From NCBI GenBank assembly GCA_963768425.1, contig CAVYHV010000008.1, positions 64,001 to 128,000 on the forward strand: 64,000 bases of DNA, written 5' to 3'. This document shows, piece after piece, positions 31,652-44,080 of the stretch. The notes beneath the pieces are model-generated. The model saw only the letters and a list, made by a program, of their open reading frames with translations, was not told the origin of the DNA and did not search any database. Made by a program: the position numbers and the translations under genes. This stretch comes from Candidatus Bathyarchaeota archaeon (GTDB lineage Archaea > Thermoproteota > Bathyarchaeia > Bathyarchaeales > Bathycorpusculaceae). Position 1 is the first letter of the stretch, and every line of letters begins with the position of its first letter.

Positions 31652-32903
31652 ATGAAACTTGCAGTCTTTGTTTATGAGTATCCACCAAAAATTGTTGGTG
31701 GATTAGGCACTTACGCGGCTGAAATAACTAAGAAAGTTTGTTTTGGACGATCATGATGTAACTGTTTTCACGATGAACGATGACGCCGGCTCTTTGCCTA
31801 CCCGGGAGATTTGGCGGGGAATCGAGATTCACCGTCCCCTCCACATAGACATTTCTGATTCGCTGCCTGATGTGATTGCGGAGGACATAAAGAAGTGGGG
31901 TAGAGGGCTTCATTTCTTCGGCAAACTCATGGTTTACAATTACTTGTCAGCGGCCAAACTCATCAACGAATTGATCAAGAAAGAAAACATGAAATACGAT
32001 ATTGTCGTGGCCCACGACTGGCTTTCAGCCATGGGTGGAATCACAGTTAAAAGAGAAATAGGCCTGCCGCTTGCTTTCCACGTTCATTCAACCGAAAAAG
32101 GCCGTACCTTGGGTAACGGCTCGAGCGTGGTGAGCAACATCGAGTTACGAGCGGGCAAAATGGCAGATTTGGTTGTGACAGTTTCTTACGCGATGAAGGA
32201 TGAGCTTATCCAGCTTGGTTTTCCTAGGGACAAGATCCAGGTTAGCTATAATGGTGTTGACCCCCAAAAATACAATCCTGCAAACGTTTCTGCCGCCGAC
32301 ATTAAACGAGTTAGAAGCAGATACGGGATCGGCGATGACCAATTTATGGTTCTTTTCCTTGGCAGGCTCGTCGGCGTCAAAGGCGTTGACAAACTAATAA
32401 TGGCTATGCCTCACATCTTGACTAAGATTCCTAACGCACGGCTGGTGATTGTGGGCGTCGGCGATCTGCAAGAATACTTGATGAACCTGACTAGAACCAT
32501 GAGGCTTGACCAATACGTCAAGTTCTGCTTCGATTTTATCCCCGAGGAAGAACGAATCGCGCATTACGCAGCATGCGACATAGCCGTATTCCCAAGCTTC
32601 TATGAACCCTTTGGCATCGTAGCGCTTGAAGCAATGAGCATGGAGAAGACAGTTGTCGTCGGCGCCGCAGGTGTCAGTGGAATGCGAGAAATAGTCATCT
32701 GCTGCGGCGAAGAACAATGCGGATTCCACGTTGACCCAAACAACCCCTCCGACATCGCATGGGGAGTAATTAGCGCGCTAGAGAACCCTGAAAGGACAAA
32801 GATGCTTGGGAAAAATGGCAGAAAACGCGTAATCGCCGAGTTCACCTGGAGCAAAATTGCGGCAAAAACCATCGACCTTTACGAAACAGTAGCGAAACGC
32901 TGA
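31652..32903 (+). CDS. GT4-family glycosyltransferase (glycogen synthase-like), frameshift near 31735
   Basis: EYPP..VGGLG, HDW, FLGRL...KG, EPFGIVALEAM. Confidence 0.9.
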
Positions 32904-32924
32904 CAGTAGCGCTTGGCGGGATAA

Positions 32925-33533
32925 TTGGCCACCGACTTAAAGTCTAAGGTTGCGAGGGAAGCAGCTACTCTTCTTTATTTTGGGGCTGAGAAAGAATACA
33001 AGCAAGCCAAAACACGGGCTGCACAAACGCTGGGCACCCATTTTTTGCCTTCTAATCTGGAAGTGGCGCTGGAACTGGACAAGATTGCCGAGGAAAACGA
33101 AGGTGAAAACAGGAAAGAACGACTCGTAGAGATGCGCAGGGAAGCCTTGCAGGTTATGAAGGCTCTTAATGATTACTGTCCTGTTTTAATCGGTAGCGTC
33201 TGGCGAGGCACAATCCGCAAGGGAAGCGATATAGACATCGCAGCCTTCGCTGATGACCCGCAGGAAATCGTCGACATCCTAAAAGGTCAAGGAATAAAAC
33301 TCCTGAAAACCGCTTGGACAACCGTCAACAAACACGGCCGAACCCTGTCGTCGCTTCATTTACATGCTGAAACCGCTGCGAAGCATGGACTTGAGGTCGT
33401 CGTCCGAACCTCCGAGGAAAAAAGAGAAAAAAGGAAATGCGAGATTTTCGGCGACGAAATGAAGGGGTTACGAACTAAAAGCCTCGAAAAACTGCTCAAA
33501 GACAACCCGACTCAATGCTTTATCCCCGCTTGA
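32925..33533 (+). CDS. nucleotidyltransferase-domain protein
   Basis: LIGSVWRG.....SDIDI. Confidence 0.8.
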   Translation: MATDLKSKVAREAATLLYFGAEKEYKQAKTRAAQTLGTHFLPSNLEVALELDKIAEENEGENRKERLVEMRREALQVMKALNDYCPVLIGSVWRGTIRKGSDIDIAAFADDPQEIVDILKGQGIKLLKTAWTTVNKHGRTLSSLHLHAETAAKHGLEVVVRTSEEKREKRKCEIFGDEMKGLRTKSLEKLLKDNPTQCFIPA

Positions 33534-33618
33534 TCTCGAATAAAAATCTGATTTTGCCTCAAAAAGAACTTAAAGAACCGATTTCCATAATGTATTTCAA
33601 ATCTCAAATTGATGCCAA

Positions 33619-34014
33619 ATGGCCATAAACAAAGAATATCTAAAAAAGATGTTCCCAAACCTCTACGACGAGCTTGAAACGGGAGATTCCAAAATCCCGA
33701 TAGATGCTGTTCGCAAAAACCCTGAAGAGGCAGAAGCTGATATCGTCGAATGCATCGAGGAAGACATTGAATCCGAACCTGACACTGTCACGCCAGATAA
33801 ACTGCGTCACTTTACCCCTTGCGCCGTTGATTTTATCCGTCGCTGTGACACCGAAGCACAAGCAGGAGAAATAATCGATTACTTACTGAAGAAAGGTGAA
33901 ATTACCGACGAATACGCTGAAGAACTACGCTGCAAACTAAAACAGGAAGGGGTGCGAAGCTTTGGTCCCAAAAAAGAAGAAAACTATTACTTCAGAGAAG
34001 GCGGAATTTTCTAA
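33619..34014 (+). CDS. DUF2095-like protein
   Basis: FP.L..EL...DFIRRCDT..A.EII.YL...GEI...GVRSFG.KK...YY. Confidence 0.75.
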   Translation: MAINKEYLKKMFPNLYDELETGDSKIPIDAVRKNPEEAEADIVECIEEDIESEPDTVTPDKLRHFTPCAVDFIRRCDTEAQAGEIIDYLLKKGEITDEYAEELRCKLKQEGVRSFGPKKEENYYFREGGIF

Positions 34015-34179
34015 TTTGTGAATTTCTTTGAACGCTAAAGAGAATCAATTGTTTTGAAGAGTTAATTAGTCTCAGGATTTGTATATGACAATCTACTCAA
34101 TCAAGTTTATGTCTATTTTTCCAACGCTGAAATTGCTCCACATTAAATGCTTATTGATTTTATGTCGGAAAACTAATAA

Positions 34180-35240
<1,061 letters not shown>

Positions 35241-35323
35241 GCCGCCAATCAATCCGAAATTCTTCCCACCCATTTCTTTTTGGGTTCAAAAATACATAAA
35301 AGTTAACCGAAGAAGTGGAGAAA

Positions 35324-36556
35324 ATGGCAAAATACAAAACACTTGATGATTTTGACGTAAAAAACAAGGTTGTTCTTGTCAGAGTAGACTTTAACTCAGA
35401 AATAGATCCCGCAACTAAGAAGGTAACAAGCGATGTGCGCATCAAAGCTCATGCAGAATCGACGCTTAAGGAGTTGGCGGAGAAAGGCGCCAAAACAGTT
35501 GTTTTAGCACATCAGGGACGGAAAGGCGACCCTGACTTCACCCCGCTCAAAGAACATGCCGCGATTCTCCAGAAGATCCTTAAATGCCCAATAAAATACG
35601 TCGACGACCTCTTTGGCGAAAAAGCAAAAATGGCGATCAAAAACCTGCAAGCAGGGGAAATTCTGGTTCTTGAAAACGTTCGTTCATGGGACGGAGAAAC
35701 CAAGAACGGGACACCAGAGGCACATAGCAAAACCGATCTCGTCCAGAACCTTGCACCCCTCGCAGACTTGTTCGTCAACGACGCTTTCGCTGCTGCACAT
35801 CGCGGACATGTATCAATGGTCGGCTTCACCGCAGTTTTGCCTTCAGCAGCGGGAAGAATCATGGAACGCGAACTGAAGTCGTTGAGTAAGTCGCTTGAGA
35901 AACCTGAACACCCATGCGTCTACGTGATGGGCGGAGCCAAAGCAGACGACGCACTTGAAATCTCAAAGTACGTCTTGGACAACGGAATAGCAGATTGCGT
36001 TCTAGTCGGCGGCGTTACTTCGCAATTGTTCCTTACAGCTAACGGCGTCAATTTAGGCAAGAAGACTATGGATTTTCTCGTTAAGAAGGAACTAATGCAG
36101 TTCGTGCCCGGCATAAAAGCGCTTCTTGCCAAATACCCAAGCAAAATAATTTTGCCCTCAGATGTCGCGTTAGATGTAGCTGGCAAACGTAAAGAAATCC
36201 CTGTCAACAAACTGCCAAATGAAAACACCATATTCGACATTGGAAAGAAAACAGTTGACGAATTCGCCGCCATTATCAGCAAAGCCAAATCCATCGTTGT
36301 CTCCGGACCAATGGGCGTCTACGAAAACAAAGAATTCAACTACGGCACCAAAGCCGTTTTAGAAGCCATCGCAAACAGCAAAGCCTTCAGCCTAGCAGGC
36401 GGCGGAAACACCATTGCAGCAATTCAAGAATACGGGCTAACCAAAAAAATCGGCTACATAAGTACCGCAGGCGGAGCACTCATCGAGTTCTTGATGGGCA
36501 AAAAACTACCAGGCGTAGTCGCGCTCGAAACAGCCGTAAATACCAAAAAAATCTAA
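35324..36556 (+). CDS. pgk: phosphoglycerate kinase
   Basis: RVDFN, LENVR, NDAFAAAHR, GGAK, GPMGVYE, STAGGA. Confidence 0.97.
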   Translation: MAKYKTLDDFDVKNKVVLVRVDFNSEIDPATKKVTSDVRIKAHAESTLKELAEKGAKTVVLAHQGRKGDPDFTPLKEHAAILQKILKCPIKYVDDLFGEKAKMAIKNLQAGEILVLENVRSWDGETKNGTPEAHSKTDLVQNLAPLADLFVNDAFAAAHRGHVSMVGFTAVLPSAAGRIMERELKSLSKSLEKPEHPCVYVMGGAKADDALEISKYVLDNGIADCVLVGGVTSQLFLTANGVNLGKKTMDFLVKKELMQFVPGIKALLAKYPSKIILPSDVALDVAGKRKEIPVNKLPNENTIFDIGKKTVDEFAAIISKAKSIVVSGPMGVYENKEFNYGTKAVLEAIANSKAFSLAGGGNTIAAIQEYGLTKKIGYISTAGGALIEFLMGKKLPGVVALETAVNTKKI

Positions 36557-36598
36557 TTTCTTTCTTTTTTGTTCGTTAGGTTACGCTTTACCATAATT

Positions 36599-37333
36599 TT
36601 ACTTATGAATTTCCTCTAGAAGGTCTAGGACCGAGCTGAGGTCACTCGCTATGAAGTCGGGTTTCTGCTGACTATCCAAAAGGTCTTTCAAACTGTTGAA
36701 TTGTGAGGGGACAAAAACTGTTTTTAGTCCAGCTTCTTTGGCGCCTTTGATGTCTTCGATCGGGCTGTCGCCGATGTAAACCGCCTCGTTAGCGTGGACT
36801 TGAAGCTTTTTGAGCTCTTCTTGGAATATGTGGCTGCTTGGTTTGCGCCACCCGTTCTCTTCGGAAACTACGACTGCGTTGAAGAACGTGCTAATTCCCA
36901 GGTGCCGAAGGCTCTTGTAGATAACTGGTGCGTAGGTGAAGTTCGTGATTAAGCCAACTTTGCAGTCGGTTTGGGCTTTTTTGATTAGGTTTTTTGCGCC
37001 TTCTCTTAGCTCAAGCGTATCGATGAAGTCTTGGAAGAAAACATTCAGGGCGGCTTTGACTCGGGAATCGTTAGGGGTCACCTGAAATCCAAGGTTGCTT
37101 AGAGCTTCAGCTACCCAGATCGCGTTTGTTACTTCTCTTAGCTGTTCATAGCGCACTTTGCGGTACTTCTCATGAGCCACTGTGTAAGCCTGCACAAAAC
37201 TGTCCTCGGTAACGTCGAAGCCTTCCTTGAATAGAGCCTTGTAAAGTTTGAATCTTGAGGCTTCCATCGTGTAGCTTTTGCAGTTAACAAGCGTCCCGAC
37301 ATAATCGAATATTACCGCCTTAGTGCAACTCAT
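36599..37333 (-). CDS. HAD-superfamily hydrolase
   Basis: FDYVGTL, TN, KP..IF, GDS...DI.GA. Confidence 0.9.
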   Translation of the reverse strand: MSCTKAVIFDYVGTLVNCKSYTMEASRFKLYKALFKEGFDVTEDSFVQAYTVAHEKYRKVRYEQLREVTNAIWVAEALSNLGFQVTPNDSRVKAALNVFFQDFIDTLELREGAKNLIKKAQTDCKVGLITNFTYAPVIYKSLRHLGISTFFNAVVVSEENGWRKPSSHIFQEELKKLQVHANEAVYIGDSPIEDIKGAKEAGLKTVFVPSQFNSLKDLLDSQQKPDFIASDLSSVLDLLEEIHK

Positions 37334-37335
37334 AT

Positions 37336-38082
37336 TTATCGCTCTTTCTTCTCCGCACAAATTGCGTTTCTCGCAACCTCTCCAATGACCTTTCCCATTG
37401 CCGTGCCAAGCAGCTTCGTTTCCTTCCCAATTGCCTCTTCTACTTGCGGATCAAAGGGAATTGCACCAAGATAACTAAGCCCAAGCTTCTTCGTTTCAAC
37501 CTGAACGCTGTTTGCCCGATCCATCTTCATGTTTTCCACCAAGCCCAAAATCGGCATTTTTAACTCGCATAGGAGGATGGCCTGTTTCTTTACAGTTTCA
37601 AAAGCCAGCATGGAAGGTGTGGTTACTATTAGGAATTCTATTCGTTTGATTAGTCGTACCAAATCAAGGACGGCGTCTCCAATGCCTGGGGGCATGTCAA
37701 TTACTAAGAAGTCAAGTTGGCCCCACTGGGTGACTGAGAGGAGTTCGATTAAGGCATTGGATACATCCGCTCCGCGGAGGGGTGCAGGGTTGTCTCCAAC
37801 GAAGTAAATTAGCGACATGTACTGCAAGCCTTGGACGGTGGGTGGGACTATTCCTTTTTCTTCTTTAAGGACAGTTTTTTGGGCTCCGAGGATTATGTGG
37901 GTTGAGGGACCAGTAAAGTCCAAATCGAATAAGCCCACTTTGCAGCCTTCATTTGCAAGGGTCAAGGCGAGCGTGGTTGCAACCATGCTTTTTCCGACGC
38001 CGCCTTTGCCGCTTGAAACAGCGATAATTCGCCTTGTTCGGTTCAATCGTTCATGAATCACGCTTGTTCGCGGGTCAGCCAC
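37336..38082 (-). CDS. Mrp/NBP35 Fe-S cluster carrier ATPase
   Basis: SGKGGVGKS, DMPPG.GD, VENM. Confidence 0.92.
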   Translation of the reverse strand: MADPRTSVIHERLNRTRRIIAVSSGKGGVGKSMVATTLALTLANEGCKVGLFDLDFTGPSTHIILGAQKTVLKEEKGIVPPTVQGLQYMSLIYFVGDNPAPLRGADVSNALIELLSVTQWGQLDFLVIDMPPGIGDAVLDLVRLIKRIEFLIVTTPSMLAFETVKKQAILLCELKMPILGLVENMKMDRANSVQVETKKLGLSYLGAIPFDPQVEEAIGKETKLLGTAMGKVIGEVARNAICAEKKER

Positions 38083-38084
38083 AG

Positions 38085-38483
38085 TTATTTGGCTCCTTTT
38101 ACGCTCTCAAGCCAAACGCCACGTCCGCTGGCGATTTCAAAGTCAGGACTGCGGCATTTCGCGCACTTAATGTAGCTGTGGGCAACCTCGGGAACAAAAT
38201 GAATAGCTTCAGCTGTTTCTTTATCCATTTTATTAATGTCAAACTGCCACTCTGTCCCGCAGACCCTGCATCGGAGAGTCGTTTTTGCTTTAAGGATGCG
38301 GAATTTTGTGCATTTGAAAAGCGGTGTCTTCATTTCCGAAAGGGCAAAACGCAGAATTGGCCGTTCGACCTGCTGGAGCTCGCCAATCCGAATGGTGACC
38401 TCTAAAATTTCCTTCAGTTTTTCCTTCTCAGCAATCTCTTTCGCTGAGGCTAAAACCGCTTCGGCAAGCGACCATTCATGCAT
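38085..38483 (-). CDS. hypA: hydrogenase nickel-insertion protein HypA
   Basis: MHE N-terminus, IGELQ, two CxxC. Confidence 0.9.
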   Translation of the reverse strand: MHEWSLAEAVLASAKEIAEKEKLKEILEVTIRIGELQQVERPILRFALSEMKTPLFKCTKFRILKAKTTLRCRVCGTEWQFDINKMDKETAEAIHFVPEVAHSYIKCAKCRSPDFEIASGRGVWLESVKGAK

Positions 38484-38725
38484 AAACTCAATTATCCCGA
38501 TGGCATTTAAAAACGATTTTGCCACAGAACGGGTTTTCCAAGAATAATCATTTTTTCAGTAACCTGCAGACACAACGAGAGCCTGCCTGTCTCTTTCATC
38601 AACGGATTAGAGCAACCCCGGATTGAGCTAATCCTATTTATTCCCCAAATTAAGAACGAGATAAAAAATCTTTTATTTGAAGGCGGCTGTTTACTTAGGA
38701 TAATCCTGCGAGTTTCAAAGTTAGT

Positions 38726-40003
38726 TTAGTTGTTCTGTATTTGAGCGACTTTTCCAGTGTCTGCCCATATTTCTACGATTATACTGCCTACACCGCCTGG
38801 GTAGACTTTGTCAAGATAAAGCGTCACGGTCCACTGGGGATAGAGGGCTAGCCCGTTTTTAGTATTCGGGTGAAAAACAACTGAGAGAGGCGAGGGTAAC
38901 ACGTTGAAATTGGAGACTGTGGTGCCGTTCGCTGTCCAGCTGTAGCTTTTCACGGCGTTCAGGGCCAACTGGACCGCCTGGCTGCTGGAAACGTTGACTG
39001 TGGTACTTCCGACTGTGAACAGATACCAGTCGTCAATCAAGTCAGTCAAGTCGTTGCCTTGAAAGGTTAAGCTTACGCATTTAGGCGAGAAATCAACACC
39101 GTTCTCCGTGTACAACATAACTATCTGCGTGTCCGCGCCAGACATTGTCACGTTCAATTCGATGTTGCCTTCAGTTACTTGCATGTTCTGCATTGCGCCG
39201 CTCACCAACAAGAGGGTGCTGCTCATGTTTTCAAGGTAAGATGAGTTCTCGTAAGCTGCCAGTCTTCCCAGCAAACCTTTTGCAGCATCTAAGGCGCTGT
39301 AGGGTTGAGGCTGTGAATAGACTGGTGAACCTTCAAGCATAATAATTTGGTACCATGAAAGCTCGCCGCTTCGGAAGCGGAAGTAAACATCCATTTTGCT
39401 GTCGCTGCTTGTGAGCGAATACATCATCGTCTGCTCCAAAATCCCGCCTAAATTCGACGGCTGATCAACCGTGTCGCTGACCAAAGTCGCCTGATAATGT
39501 GTCGTATCTATTTGAGGTATTTGCTGCAGAAAATTGATCGCTGTGCTTGTCGAGGCAGTCCACGACTGCAACTGATTGTATTTTGACTGTAAATCGTTTT
39601 GTTTGATGGATGCCTGGTTCAAAGCGTTAAACTCCCAGGTCACCACGCTCGCCACAACAATAAGGGCAATTAGCGAGACTGCGAGCGCCGTCTTCAATTT
39701 GAACATTGAAGCACGCTTCTTAGGCTGAACCTCAGGCGCCTCCTCAACAACTCGCATTGTGTTGACAGCAGCCGATCCGAAAGTTGAGAGCTTGTAGATT
39801 CCATTTTCTTGTGTTACGAGTTCGCCTAAGCTTTCGAGATGGTAGGTCAGGTTGGAACTGGATACCCCAAGCAAATCAAGCATCTCTGAAAAAGTCAGGG
39901 GCTTTTCTGAGAGGACCCGAAGTATCTTTCGGCGTGCAGGATGCTTAAGTGAACTGAACATTGTTGAGTAAATCTCTTCCTGCGCATCAGGCACCTTTCT
40001 CAA
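38726..40003 (-). CDS. ArsR-like wHTH + TM + large extracellular domain (membrane-anchored one-component regulator)
   Basis: LKHP.RRKIL...LTYHL..L; single TM at ~aa105-125; Ser/Thr/Asn-rich C-domain. Confidence 0.7.
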   Translation of the reverse strand: MRKVPDAQEEIYSTMFSSLKHPARRKILRVLSEKPLTFSEMLDLLGVSSSNLTYHLESLGELVTQENGIYKLSTFGSAAVNTMRVVEEAPEVQPKKRASMFKLKTALAVSLIALIVVASVVTWEFNALNQASIKQNDLQSKYNQLQSWTASTSTAINFLQQIPQIDTTHYQATLVSDTVDQPSNLGGILEQTMMYSLTSSDSKMDVYFRFRSGELSWYQIIMLEGSPVYSQPQPYSALDAAKGLLGRLAAYENSSYLENMSSTLLLVSGAMQNMQVTEGNIELNVTMSGADTQIVMLYTENGVDFSPKCVSLTFQGNDLTDLIDDWYLFTVGSTTVNVSSSQAVQLALNAVKSYSWTANGTTVSNFNVLPSPLSVVFHPNTKNGLALYPQWTVTLYLDKVYPGGVGSIIVEIWADTGKVAQIQNN

Positions 40004-40384
40004 CCGCTCATATGTATTGCATTAAAGCGCTTAAAACTTTGCTGAACTAAGCTACAAGCAGTCTAAAAAAATGTGTTTACAAGGCTTGACTAGTCGCTGA
40101 GGAGTTTGTCAAGAAACCTTACAAAAATCTGTTTATTGCCAAAAAATCAGAAAATCCATGTTTTAGGAGTAAACAGGAAATGTCACAAACTAAAACGCGG
40201 CCGATAAATTCAAAAAAAGGCTACAAACCGCCGCTGGAAAAATCGCGTTATTAGGCATAGCTGTAATTTTCGTTTTAACTGCGTCAAAGTCAGGATCTGT
40301 AGAAACAGGGCGCCACTTAAAGTTTGAGAAAAGACAAATTAGAAATAAATGTTCCCCTGATACTTGTATCTTGGACGAAATGTT

Positions 40385-42019
40385 ATGACCGATGTAGTGT
40401 TCACTTTTGAGGTTCATCAGCCCCACAGGTTGAAGCGCAAGCTGTTTTGGGAAGGCAAAATTTTCAGTCGTCTCACCAAAAACGAACTATTCGACTATTA
40501 TTTTGACAACGAGAGCGACAGGGAAATCTTTAAACGAGCTGCACGCAAATGCTATTTCCCATCAAACCAAATCCTGCTCGACTCAATAGACAAACACAAA
40601 CATGACTCTAAGCAGGTCAAGGTGTCATTCAGCATCTCAGGCGTCTTCCTCGAACAATGCCAAATGTTCGACCCAGACCTGCTTGAAACCTTCAAGCAAC
40701 TTGCTCAAACCAAAAGCGTCGAATTCTTAAACCAAACCTATTACCACTCAATCGCCAGCCTTTACCCCGACAAAGAAGAATTTATCGAACAGGCGAAGAT
40801 GCACAAGCAAACCGTTAAGGACTTGCTTGGCTACACACCCAACGTTTTCGAAAACACCGAATTGCTATATAATAACACTATCGCCAAGACAGTTGAATCG
40901 TTAGGATACAAGGGCATTTACACTGAAGGGGTCGAGAAAATCCTCGGCGAAAAATCGCCCAACTATCTCTACACTCCCAAAGGCGCAAAAAAAATCCGTG
41001 TATTGCTTAGGAACTACAAGCTTACTGACGACATCGGCTTTCGATTTTCAGCAAGATGGTGGCCCGAGTGGCCGTTAACGGCGGACAAATACGCCGGTTG
41101 GCTGGCGAGTGCACCAGGTCAATGTATCAACATTTTCCCCGACTACGAAACTTTCGGCGAGCACCATTGGCCTGAAACTGGCATACACAGTTTCCTGCAG
41201 CATCTTCCGGATGAAATACTAAAGTTTGACAGCTTGCAGATGTCAACACCATCCGAAGTCATAGCCAATAATGCACCTGCAGGTGAAATCGACGTGCCTG
41301 AAGCTCAAGGGACGGTTTCATGGGCAGACGTGCAGAGAGACCAATCTGGCTGGTTAGGCAACGTGATGCAGTGGGCGTACTATACAGCGCTGCGTCGTTT
41401 GGAGCCGTTCATCAAGGAAGCCGACGACACTGAATGGCTCAGGCTGTGGCGTGATTTCCAAACAAGCGACCACCTCTACTACATGTTCACCGCAGGCGGA
41501 GGACCTGGCGAAGTGCACTCATATTTCAGCCCATACGAGTCACCTATGGACGCCTTCGCCGTGGCTCAAACCTTGCTAAACGATTTTGAATCAAGACTAA
41601 GACTATCAATCTTAACGGCAAACGAACCCTTCTTATTCAACACGGGAGTTGGAAAAGAATTTTACACGGGAACAATGGCTTGGAGCCTAAAAGGATTCAT
41701 TAAAGCTCTCTGCCAAGTCGACTCGAAAGCTATCGAGTTTCATATCCAAAACGGCGACTTTGAAAGCTGGGTAAGAAATTCTCTTAAAGACCAGAAACTG
41801 GCGTCTCAGATTAAACGAGCTTCAGGCTTCAAAAGAAAAAGGAGAAAAACTACGAGAAACACTGCTGAATTTCGCGAAGAAACGTTATGCGATATTAAAC
41901 GAACAAATTCAGGACGCAACCAAGCTGTTTTAGGAACTAACGCGTTTATAAGGAAAGTCTCACTAATAAATAACTTGGTACGGTGCATTATCGATGAGAG
42001 ACGAGCTTCCCTTTCCTGA
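40385..42019 (+). CDS. GH57 alpha-amylase with C-terminal DUF5752-like domain (3' end probably frameshifted, true stop ~41933)
   Basis: FEVHQP, TYYHS, NTELLY, DYETFGEH, SWAD, QTSDH.YYM. Confidence 0.9.
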   Translation: MTDVVFTFEVHQPHRLKRKLFWEGKIFSRLTKNELFDYYFDNESDREIFKRAARKCYFPSNQILLDSIDKHKHDSKQVKVSFSISGVFLEQCQMFDPDLLETFKQLAQTKSVEFLNQTYYHSIASLYPDKEEFIEQAKMHKQTVKDLLGYTPNVFENTELLYNNTIAKTVESLGYKGIYTEGVEKILGEKSPNYLYTPKGAKKIRVLLRNYKLTDDIGFRFSARWWPEWPLTADKYAGWLASAPGQCINIFPDYETFGEHHWPETGIHSFLQHLPDEILKFDSLQMSTPSEVIANNAPAGEIDVPEAQGTVSWADVQRDQSGWLGNVMQWAYYTALRRLEPFIKEADDTEWLRLWRDFQTSDHLYYMFTAGGGPGEVHSYFSPYESPMDAFAVAQTLLNDFESRLRLSILTANEPFLFNTGVGKEFYTGTMAWSLKGFIKALCQVDSKAIEFHIQNGDFESWVRNSLKDQKLASQIKRASGFKRKRRKTTRNTAEFREETLCDIKRTNSGRNQAVLGTNAFIRKVSLINNLVRCIIDERRASLS

Positions 42020-42245
42020 CAAGGTCTTGCAGACACTGCATAACCTATGTGCGACTGCTGCTGATTTGGCGAGAAGAGGCGAAGAAGTCGCAAGGCTCCT
42101 CCAGAAAGACCCAGGTGAAATAGAAAACATCTTGGATCGCTACAAGTCTGAAGGCTTCGCTGAAAGCTTCATTGATAACGAAGGAAAGAAACGGTACTAT
42201 CTCAATGGAAGAGGAATAATTAAAGTCTGCTCGCTTTTTACGTAG
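41994..42245 (+). CDS. small winged-helix protein
   Basis: 83 aa, RYYL..RG wing; operonic. Confidence 0.65.
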   Translation: MRDELPFPDKVLQTLHNLCATAADLARRGEEVARLLQKDPGEIENILDRYKSEGFAESFIDNEGKKRYYLNGRGIIKVCSLFT

Positions 42246-42252
42246 TGGAAAC

Positions 42253-42849
42253 ATGCGTGTCATCATTTTTTCTTGGGAGTATCCGCCCCGGGTCGTAGGT
42301 AAACTTGCAGAGTACGTGAAAGCGTTGTCAACCCAGCTTGTAGGCAACGGCGTAGAAGTGAACGTGGTAACTTACGACGACTCAACGACAGGAACCGCCA
42401 AAGAATCGACGGGTGTGCAAACAATTCGAGTGTCAAATCCTGTTCGAACCCACATTGGAGTATTAACTTGGGTTCTAACGCTTAACCAAGAAGTTGAACG
42501 AGCAGCGGCCAACCTTTATTATCAAACCAAAAAACAAATTGACTTAATGGATGTCTTCGATTGGCATTTTATTTCTGCGGCAGTGACCTTGAAGAATGGG
42601 TTAGGTATACCTTTTGTTTATTCCGTTGAAAGCCTAGAAGACCATCGTTCTCAAGGTCTAAGCACACCCTACAACATGGCGATTAAAAGCATTGAGTGGC
42701 TGGGTTTTTATGAGGCGGAAAAAATCAGTGTTAAATCAGAATGGATGCGCGACGAAATAGTTCGAATTTACAAGGTTCCTCAGGAAAAAATAGTAGTAGT
42801 TTCAGCCGGATCAAATTCTTGGATAAAAGAAATTCTTAGAACTCTATAG
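42253..42849 (+). CDS. GT4 N-terminal-domain-only protein
   Basis: SWEYPPRVVG, FDW; lacks the EPFG nucleotide-sugar domain. Confidence 0.7.
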   Translation: MRVIIFSWEYPPRVVGKLAEYVKALSTQLVGNGVEVNVVTYDDSTTGTAKESTGVQTIRVSNPVRTHIGVLTWVLTLNQEVERAAANLYYQTKKQIDLMDVFDWHFISAAVTLKNGLGIPFVYSVESLEDHRSQGLSTPYNMAIKSIEWLGFYEAEKISVKSEWMRDEIVRIYKVPQEKIVVVSAGSNSWIKEILRTL

Positions 42850-42875
42850 TAGCGTCTCAGGAGTTTTAAAGGCAA

Positions 42876-44079
42876 ATGAAAGACGACTTAACTGTAATGA
42901 TGCTAAGCTGGGAGTTTCCGCCAAGGGTAATCGGAGGAATTTCACCTCACGTTTTCTTCTTATCAAAGAGCCTTGCCAAACAGGGTGTAAAAGTTTACGT
43001 TGTAACATGCGATTTTCCTGATGCGCCGGCACATGAAGTGATTGACGGCGTAGAAGTCTACCGTATCGACTCGTACAAGAACCCGTCGCCCGACTTCGCC
43101 ACATGGGTCTACTTGATGAACCTTAACATGCAAAAAGAAACAGCGGCGCTGACGAGAAAAATCGGGAACAAAATCGATCTGCTACACTGCCACGATTGGC
43201 TTGTCGCTAACGCGGGAATAGGACTCAAACATGTTTTTCGAAAGCCTCTTTTGGTAACGATGCATTCCACTGAAATCGGAAGAAGAGATGGGTTGCACAA
43301 TGACACTGAGAAAATGATTCATGAAACTGAAGCGTGGCTAACTTATGAAGCGTGGAAGGTTGTTTGCTGCAGCGACTACATGATTTCACATGTCAAATGG
43401 GCTTTCGGACTGCCCAACGACAAGCTGGTCATGGTTCCCAACGGCGTAAACACCAGATCTACAATACGACTCTCGAGGACTTGAAGGATTTCCGAAACAA
43501 GTTCGCGTTGCCTGAAGAAAAAATAGTTCTTTTCGTAGGCAGGCTGGTGTACGAAAAAGGCATCCACATATTAATCAACGCTGTTCCTAAGATCCTGGAA
43601 AAAGTCAACGCCAAATTCATAATTGTCGGCAGCGGCTACATGAAGGAGCAGCTCCTCAACATTGTACGTAGCATGAATCTTGAACACAAAGTTCTATTCG
43701 AGGGATTTCTTGACGAACAAACCCTGCTTAAACTCCAACAGTGCGCAGACGTGTCCGTCGTGCCATCACTATTTGAACCATTTGGGATTGTAGCGTTGGA
43801 AGCTATGGCTGCAAAAAGCCCCGTCGTCGCATCAGATACGGGCGGCCTATCCGAAATCATCCAGCATGATGTAACAGGAGTTAAAGTTTACCCAAACAAC
43901 CCAGATTCATTAGCATGGGGAATAAGCAAAGTCTTACTGGACGATAGTATAGGCACCGCATCAGAGAGAACGCTTACAGGAAAGTCTTGGAAATATACGA
44001 TTGGGAAAAAATCGCGCAGCAAACCAGACGCATATACGAGGGCGTTTTAGGCGAGTATTCAAACAGTTTCTGGGCTTAA
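42876..44079 (+). CDS. GT4-family glycosyltransferase (frameshifts ~43455, ~43948); its 3' end is the integration target
   Basis: SWEFPP..IGG, HDW, FVGRL..EKG, EPFGIVALEAM; true C-terminus YDWEKIAQQTRRIYEGVLGEYSNSFWA* ends at TAA 44077-44079. Confidence 0.9.
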
Positions 44080-44080
44080 A
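44049..44080 (+). repeat. left attachment site
   Basis: aggcgagtattcaaacagtttctgggcttaaa. Confidence 0.9.
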
